From: Octopus sinensis
Lineage: Eukaryota
NCBI RefSeq assembly: GCF_006345805.1
Contig: NC_043010.1
Span: 65,162,001-65,226,000, forward strand
Direction: 5' to 3'
DNA length: 64,000 nucleotides
Translations under genes and position numbers: made by a program
In this document: one piece after another, positions 56,339 through 64,000 of the stretch
Position numbering within the stretch: the stretch's first letter is position 1
Layout of the letters: the number at the start of each line of letters is the position of its first letter
Notes under the pieces: model-generated
What the model was told of the DNA's origin: nothing
The model's database searches: none
Seen by the model: only the letters and a program-made list of their open reading frames with translations

Positions 56339-56584
56339 ACAATCATAGTTGTCGCCGAGAATTAGATTTCCTTCACAAATACTTATACTTTTTCCAGCGT
56401 CCACTGGGGTTAGCCATATTGAAATGGCAAAAATACGTCACGATGTGTTACCGCTACTGTATATAACTCACTTTGATATTTATCATTGTTTGATTTCACT
56501 TTTTCAATATCAGCGACAGTGGACGCTGGAAAAAGTATAAGTATTTGTGAAGGAAATCTAATTCTCGGCGACAACTATGATTGT

Positions 56585-56630
56585 CACACGCTGACGAGAG
56601 GTCAATACCTCGAAACTCGAGTCCCTGTGT
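56585..56630 (+). ncRNA. Minimal type I hammerhead ribozyme, copy with one stem-I mismatch
   Basis: cacacg ctgacga gagg tcaata cctc gaaa ctcgag tc cctgtg; predicted cleavage after C56623. Confidence 0.85.
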
Positions 56631-56790
56631 ATCATAAGTTGAAGACGGGAAGGATGACTTCCCTTTGCAAATACTGACAGGACACAGAAAGTGTGTCTAT
56701 GGCCAGCTGGAGGAGTGTGTCCTCCTGGGGCTAAAAACTACAGTAGCATCCACCCTTAGGGGTTAGCCATATTGAAATGGCAAAATTACG

Positions 56791-56862
<72 letters not shown>

Positions 56863-56865
<3 letters not shown>

Positions 56866-57690
56866 GTGGTATGATCAAGGAGTATCCGGACTCTTGTCAT
56901 AGTGACGAAGCTAAAGCACGCAGAGTGAACCCGCTACGCATGCGGTCTAAGATTCAATATTCTCGCTCACTTCCCTTCTTTGCAGCAGTGCTTGGAAGGA
57001 TGGTATCTAACCTGTTATCATCGCATTGACCATCACAGAGAAAATTGAGCAGAGAATCTGGGCTAAAGTTTGCGAAAAGCTTAGCGATACCTGCTAAGAG
57101 GGTTACGCACAGTTTTCAAAACATTTTCATCGTTCTCGACACAATCAAGGAAATCTTGTGCAACTGAAACCTGTGTATCTTCTTGGTCATCTGAAAGCAG
57201 TTTTGGCACAAACTTGGTAGATACGCGTCTCATACCCAAATCGCTAGTGATAATGGACTGAACTGAACCGGAACTAATCTGCACATCCTCTGATAATTCA
57301 CGGATATTTATTCGACGATTTCCCCTCAGAGCTGCACGCACATCTGCGATGTTTTTCTCTGGTTGCCAGTTTCCTAGAATGTTCGTCAACATCGGCCATC
57401 TTGGAAACGTCTGAAACACTTATACATATGCGTGCGGCTCATACACACTTCTCCATATACTTTCTGCAATTTTGTGTAGGCCTCTGAGCAGGTGTCACCA
57501 TGATAACTTTCTCTGTCATGGTCAATGCGACTATAACACGCTACACACCTTCCAATCAAGCGGATGTAAGCTAGAAAGTTTAAATTACTGCACAGCAGAG
57601 TTCACGGTTAAATTTTGCCAAGCGATTTTACTCTGTGTGCATTAGCTTCGTTACTATGGCAAGAGTCCGGATACTTATTGATCACCTTAT
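56863..57690 (-). mobile_element. Mariner internal-deletion derivative with ~55-bp imperfect TIRs
   Basis: TIRs at 56872-56927 and ~57630-57684. The internal - strand reads NRRINIRELSEDVQISSGSVQSIITSDLGMRRVSTKFVPKLLS (mariner helix-turn-helix). Confidence 0.85.
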
Positions 57691-57859
57691 GGAGTGGTAT
57701 CAACCAGTACAGTAGCGCGCCATGAGATGGTAGCACATGGTTGAGTGTGCAGTGAGAGCTAGCAGTGGCCTTTATGAGGCAATATACTGAGTGACATTGC
57801 TGAGTTTACTTTGCGAGTTGTGCATCTTCTAGTTTGTGAACCCGTGTATGCTGTAGTTT

Positions 57860-58510
57860 GCGATTTTGTCATGGACAAGTAGATGGATCCAACGTGAAAT
57901 TTTGCGTTAAACTTGGGACGCCTGCTACACAGACATAGAACATGCTTACGACCATGAAGCAATGGATCGTACGCAATGTTTCGAGTGGAACGAGCGATTC
58001 AAAAGCAGACCAACGTTCCTCGAAGATGATAAACCAAATGGAAGACCTACCACGACAGATACCTCGGAAAATATAGTATTGTGCGTCGAGAATTTGTGCT
58101 GCAGGGCCTGAGAATCGATCGGGAATTTTAATCCGATGTTTTGGAGCGTTAGGGAAGGTCATTCAGGGAAAGCCATCGGGTCTGTGGAGCCCAAAGAATT
58201 GGATTCTTCGAGAAGAAAATGCAACCTGTAACCAAGCTCTCCTCACTCGTGAATTTCTCGCCAAAAGCAACTAGCTAACTAACTAACATGGTATTGCTTT
58301 TCACCATTCCTATTCGCTGGGTTTAGCAACTGAGGACTGGCATTTCTTCCCCGTCGCCGTTTTACCACACTTGTCGAGATCCAGAGCGAATCACAGAAGG
58401 TCCCCGACTCACTTACGGGAAACGACTTCCAGACAGGATTCCAAAAATGGTATGAACGCTGGAAACTGTGTATTGCTGTGCAAGATGACTATTTCCAAGG
58501 AAATAATGTT
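57860..58510 (+). mobile_element. Decayed mariner relic (third family or subfamily)
   Basis: NVKFCVKLG...RTQCFEW..RFKS..TFLEDD...GRP at 5'; FQKWYERWKLCIAVQDDYF at 3'. Confidence 0.75.
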
Positions 58511-59559
58511 AAATCTTAGTTATATAGTTAAATAAGGATTTTTTTATTAAACATAACACCCATGTGGTGGTGTTAAACTGAACGAGAGGTTAGGCGTAAA
58601 CCTAAAACAGAGTTCAGGACGTTCCGATGGGCTTCCATACTGTTTACATCAACTAAATCATAAAACTGTAGATGATCGATTTTTAAAAACGCTCACAAAG
58701 AATTTCACGTTGATGGATTAAAAACAGGACTAAAAAAATTGACAAACGAGCATCTTAGCCACACCACCAAGCCCGCTTCCCTTATATTGAGTTATAAATA
58801 AATAAACAAACGAAAAACCACCACATATATTAGCTAAATAGAGGACTTGGCCTCCTGGCTACCGTTTGCGATCCAGCTTCTAACTTTCCTTCATATCTAG
58901 TGGGAGTTGTTGGTATCCACTTATACACGCTCGTGACACCACTTTAATGTTGTTCTACTCGTGTTACCCCAGAGCACATCAGCATGTACACTTACTCAAC
59001 TTCCATATATCTGTCCGACCAATGACACAGTTCGTCTCGAGTTGAGTCCAGGATATGACGTTGAAGACTCAAAACGAAAGAGGAATATCAATATCTGTTT
59101 TTTTTTTTTGTTCACTTCTTTATTACAGCTGCAAAACAAAATCACAAAACCGGAATAAAATTTTGTTGGTACATTTATGATTTGACATCAAATCATATGT
59201 TATATGCAACATCACAATCTTATTCCAGTCCTGGCCACAACAGTTTGACGGACGGAAGCGTGAATCTTTGAGTAACTGTTTTGCGATGATTTTGTAGCTT
59301 TAATAAAAAGTACTTTACTCTACCTTCGGTATTCGTGTATTGTTCTTTTTCACCTTGTTTTGTGTTTGTGCTTACTCGTCTGTGTGTTTGTGTGTGTCTT
59401 TTAAATTTTTTACGAGACCCCTTTTGAATATGCACATAAAGTTCCTATTCCATTATGCCGGCCACAGCCTAACGATACTGACTGGTGAACCTGTCTCTTG
59501 AGGTAGCATCGAGCTGTATAGATATAAGGCAAGATAAATATAATAGTAATGACAACACT

Positions 59560-60000
59560 AACCTTTGGATAGAATTTATAAACATTTAATGCTTCATTAC
59601 GCGCATTTCTACCATTCATATGTCTCTTAAGATCACCGACCGTATTCCGGGGATTATTACATTGTAGCCCGTAGTACCCGTGGGCATCACGTTGATCATC
59701 TTCGTGGATTAAATCTCTTGAGTCGATATTACATTCATGGATGTACAACAGAGGGACGCTCATCCTATTTGACTCACTCTAGTTTCATACTCGTCGAAAG
59801 GTTTAAGCGCCCCTCTGTAGTACATCCATTCATGTTCTATCGCCCGAGGAAATGAATCCATGAAGATGATCAAACTGATGACCACGGAGGATACTACGGT
59901 CTATACTGTAATCATACCCGGAATACGGACTCCGATCTCAAGGGAGTGAATTGTAGAAAGCGCGTAGCAATGCATTAAATGTTTGTAAATTCCATCAAAG

Positions 60001-60003
<3 letters not shown>
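59560..60003. repeat. Old diverged inverted repeat, arms ~200 bp (59560-59760 / 59806-60003)
   Basis: For example, reverse complement aatccacgaagatgatcaacgtgatgcccacgg versus aatccatgaagatgatcaaactgatgaccacgg. The right arm ends at (TA)n. Confidence 0.75.
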
Positions 60004-60049
<46 letters not shown>

Positions 60050-60138
60050 TGCATATATGTACGTACTTACATACATACATACATACAGAGACACACACAC
60101 ACACACACATACACATATATATATATATATATATATAC

Positions 60139-60223
<85 letters not shown>

Positions 60224-60789
60224 TGTATGGGTACGCGACGTCATAAAATGTAAATATCAGAAAATACGAAGACATGGAATACGAACTTTTATGCGAACAA
60301 TGAAAGATGCAAATCGGAAACAAGACAAATAACATAAAGAACGACCCTTCATCAGCTGTCAGCACTTTTATCTACTCCATATTTCGAGCAATTACGTCAA
60401 GATGGATCTTCGAGAAACAGTTGCTCCTGCAAAGCGAAGTAGAATTTAGGATTTGCGGAAGATCAAAGCCGGTAACAAAATCCGGACTGTGAAAACAAAC
60501 AGTAATGCCTGCTAAGCCATAACGAAGGGATGTGGTGAACTCTAGAGGAACACGTTTTGACAGGAGAAAAGTTAGGTGAGGAGACAGACAAGAATGCGTG
60601 TGATCTGTGTGGTAGATCAAAAGGAAAGAAAGTTAGGTAAAGAAAAATAGCCTATGGTCATGTGTGAGCATTGAGAGAATAAAGGAGGAGGAAGGTTAGG
60701 AGAGAGAGAAGGACAGATAGAGAATGGTACAGAGAGTAGCATCAAAATTATTAAGATAAACTTACTTGGAAATTGTTGCGTGGCTTTCA

Positions 60790-60839
<50 letters not shown>

Positions 60840-60853
60840 CACACACACACATC

Positions 60854-60898
<45 letters not shown>

Positions 60899-61299
60899 CA
60901 AATGGATGTGTTATAAAACTATTCCGCACATACAATAACAGCCATACCAACAATCCAACATACTGCCATCATCAGCTGTCTCACGGATATCATTATGGTT
61001 TTGATACCAGGGCAGTACCATTCAATCCAGCGGTGTCAACAGCACTAAAATAAGTGTTGTTTAGGAACAAACATACCTTAGATATCATCACATTCATTCA
61101 ATTTTAATTCTAGGAAGGATTAAACACTAACATTATTAATTAAACTACAACAAAGAAACACATTTATCCTATGTACAAAAAGAGTATCGGTAAATTAATA
61201 ATTTTATAAGTAAACCTATAACGGATTCCTAAAATATGTAATTAAATAGCGACCTAAGCTTTGAAGTCCATACAGATGATACTCCTACCAGTGTGCCAC

Positions 61300-61700
61300 G
61301 CACTAGGGTCGATGTAATCGACTTAATCCCTTTGTCTGTCCTTGTTTGTCCCCTCTGTGTTTAGCCCCTTGTGGGTAGTAAAGAAAGAAATATAAAAGTG
61401 CAATTCTCTTCGCTCCAAAACAAAACAAAACAAACTCGATTATACGTGTGTGTGTCTGTCCGTATATCTGCACACGCACATACATATATGTGTATTTATG
61501 TATTATATAAATGAATGTATTTTGTGTTGATGAGAAGAAAAAGGTGCAGCTGTATTGTAAGAAGTGTTCTTCCCAACCATATGATTCCAGGCTCAGTCCC
61601 ACCGCGTGGCACATTGAGCAGGTGTCTTCTGGGATAGCCTCGGGCCAACCAATACCTTGTGAGTAGTTGTGGTCGGAAATTGATAGAATTCTTATTGCGT
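61300..61700 (+). mobile_element. SINE remnants: 3' tail of family 1 and a decayed family-2 copy
   Basis: gggtcgatgtaatcgacttaatccc...gtgggtagtaaagaaa; ccaggctcagtcccaccgcgtggcac...gcctcgggccaacc. Confidence 0.65.
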
Positions 61701-61703
61701 CTG

Positions 61704-62950
61704 TACGAGGGGCGTTCAATAAGTAATGCCCCTGACCCACTTCCCATAGCAGTAGAGCAACGACACTTGGCACAGTTATTAGTCTTTTCCTACATAGGAA
61801 CTACCCAGAGTTATGCATTTCTCCCCTCGTTTGATACAGCTCTGGAGACCGTTTTTGTAGAAGACCCCAGCTTGGTCCTCCAGCCACGACGTGACTTCAG
61901 AAATCAAGGCTGTATCATCTGGGAAACGCTTTCCTTTCAAAAGCAACTTCATGGCTGGGAAGAGCTGAAAATCAGAGGATGCAAGGGGAGGAGTTCATAG
62001 CTGCACGCCTGTGCTTCTGATCTGGCGACACGCGAGTTGTGGACCGGAGCGTTGTCCTGCAGGAGGAGGATGCCTTTGCTGATCTTGCCCCGACTCTTGA
62101 TTTTGATAGCTTCTCTTAATTTCCTCAAAAGTGAAGCATAATAGGCTCTTGTAATTGTGGTACCTTTTGCCAGGAAATCTGTCATCACTACTCCGTCCTG
62201 GTCCCAGAAGACTGTGAGCATAACCTTGTCAGCGGAGGGCTGCACCCTTGCCTTCTTTGGAGGAGGTGAGTCACGGTGCTTTCACTGCATTGACTGGGCT
62301 TTGGTCTATGGATCATAGTGATGGACCCAGGTTTTATCCTGTGTGATCAGTCTTTTGAAAAATGTTGACTCATCTTCTTGGCACATCTCCAAATTCCTCC
62401 TCGAGCACTCAACGCGTTCTTGCTTCTGGAAAGGTGTGAGCAACCTGGAAATCCATCTGGCAGACACCTTTTGCATATGCAAATGGTCATGAATGATAGT
62501 TTCCACAGACCCGGTACTAATCTTGACCTCATGGGCTATTTGGCGAATAGTTATGCGTTGAGCTTCCAAAATGGCAGCCTCAACTTGACGGACAGACGTC
62601 TCATCAACGGCAGAAGGGGGCGACCAGATCTGGGAACTGTTTCCACAGAGTTCCGACCATGTTTGAATTCACAATGCCAGCGTTTTACAAGGTCATATGA
62701 TGGGGCATCATCACCATAAGTTACTTTCATTTCATCAAAAGTCTCCCGTGGTGTGCGTCCTTTCAAATACAAAAACCAGATCACTGCTCGACACTCAACA
62801 GGCTCCATTTCACACTTGACTCAGTTCAAACACCTGTAAATCAGAAACCACAATTAGTTCAGAGCTGTAATTCGCCACTTAATCTATAGAGGTATAAGTA
62901 AGTGCGCATGCAAGTGGGTCAGGGGCATTACTTATTGAACGCCCCTCGTA
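61704..62950 (-). mobile_element. Full-length (1243 bp) mariner transposon, pseudogenised, with TA target-site duplication (TSD)
   Basis: Perfect 37-bp TIRs at 61706-61742 and 62912-62948, flanked by TA. The transposase MEPVECRAVIWFLYLKG... runs from 62808 and is broken by frameshifts, stops and a ~20-bp deletion across the YSPDLAP region. Confidence 0.97.
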
Positions 62951-63634
62951 TTTCTTACATACCACCGCTGGAAAACCGATGTTGTTATGTTTACGTCCCC
63001 TTATCTTAGCCATTCGGTAAATGAGGCCAATAGGATGAGCACCAGGCTTACAAAATAAGTACTTGTGCTGATTCTTTCTACTGAAGTTTTTCAATGCGTT
63101 GCCCTTGCATGGATCCAATTTAGTGACTGAAATAAGATACAATTTAAGAAGATATAACGCCTTTTTAGCTTCGTCAAATCTGTTTGTGGAGAGAGCTGAT
63201 CTGAAACAGTATCGTTTCTATATAAGACCGAACATGTGGGGCTTTCATAGTTCAGGGGGACGTAATCCTGATATGTGTAACGGTAAACTTTTTCCCCATC
63301 AACAGACATAAATCTATTTGCTATTTTTCGCGGGGGGGAGGGACCAAGCCCCTTTGTGTACTGATGTATTAACACGTTCATAAACAGTTAAGGTGTTCAA
63401 AAACATCTCTACGCATATTAGGATATTAAAGCGTTTCTAGAAATATCCCAGTTTGTGTTTTCGCGGAAAAGTTTTCACTAGATTTTTATTTTCACTAACA
63501 AACATTTTGGTTTATGGCATTCATATGGCTGGGATGAACATAAATATCATTTTTTTATATTCCACAAGATTTATAAGTTATTCCACTTGATGTCAGCTAA
63601 AAAATTAAAAAATCTTTTTTTATTTATATTAAAG

Positions 63635-63721
63635 CCCAATGTGATATCACCAAAGGAGATTGCGTCGCAGATAATGAGAGGGAAAAACATTATTGTAAAA
63701 GGACTTGCTTCAGAAAACCTG
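63635..63721 (+). other. Candidate 87-nt symmetric exon of an unidentified gene
   Basis: tttatttatattaaag| acceptor and CTG|gtaagt donor. Two open frames: QCDITKGDCVADNEREKHYCKRTCFRKP (Cys-rich) or PNVISPKEIASQIMRGKNIIVKGLASENL. Confidence 0.3.
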
Positions 63722-64000
63722 GTAAGTTTAGTAGTATTAGTGTTATTTTATATCATTTAATAGAATAACATGATACAGCTCTTACTCTCATATTTTGCAT
63801 GTTCCATCATCCTGTAATAGTTTTAGAATCCTTCAATAGATTGCGGTTTCTTATTGCATTGTGAGTGCTATTATATATAATTGTGTGTACGTGTACATGT
63901 TCACACATGTCTGAAATACTGATTCCGTTCTGTAAATTACCATCACAGTAAAGAAGACAAAGAGGACCACGATGCGTATTCTATAAGAAGACAGAGAATG

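Larger units (their letters stand above)
56081..56794. mobile_element. Non-coding PLE pLTR or retrozyme-like unit (56407-56794, ~353-nt monomer plus 34-nt terminal repeat) preceded by an inverted, permuted copy (56081-56406), inside (TA)n
   Basis: Direct repeat ggttagccatattgaaatggcaaaa(a/t)tacgtcac at 56408 and 56761. 56081-56163 is the reverse complement of 56407-56489, and 56164-56406 is the reverse complement of 56517-56762. Confidence 0.8.

Noticed and set aside
59002-59073. 72-nt - strand segment between ttttgag| and |gtaagt with two open frames
   Set aside because: No recognisable peptide and no partner exons; such sites occur by chance in 64 kb.
59600-59680. C2H2-like pattern (…CNNPRNTVGDLKRHM…)
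   Set aside because: The first Cys, the Phe and the last His are missing, and the sequence lies in an inverted-repeat arm.

Overview
This is repeat-dense, AT-rich eukaryotic DNA, not prokaryotic. Its SINE families and microsatellites resemble a cephalopod (octopus-type) genome, which is an inference; I found no rRNA, tRNA gene or CRISPR array. (1) The one well-supported host gene is absent from the ORF track: four spliced + strand exons (26597-26728, 29325-29476, 32902-33037, 34337-34414) join in frame into the C-terminal 165 aa of a receptor-type protein tyrosine phosphatase (PTP) D2-like pseudophosphatase domain. (2) A large direct segmental duplication (about 867-25707 versus 39179-57110, broken by a 100-N gap) supplies empty sites for a mariner, a CR1-group LINE, a Penelope fragment and an unusual ~900-bp element with a 150-bp hairpin (Crypton- or Helentron-like). 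(3) Penelope-like elements (PLEs) and their terminal repeats (pLTRs) are abundant, including four short foldbacks next to (TA)n that each carry a PLE-type minimal hammerhead ribozyme (HHR), intact or degenerate; one ~353-nt unit looks circularly permuted, like a retrozyme. (4) Also present: mariner copies at both ends, R4/Dong elements in (TAA)n, a non-autonomous Helitron, a near-intact LINE nested in a Penelope, a ~2.6-kb inverted duplication, and many tRNA-derived SINEs and microsatellites. Most short ORFs in the track are microsatellite translations or antisense reads of transposons. Boundaries were read by eye and may be off by a few bases; identity figures are spot estimates.
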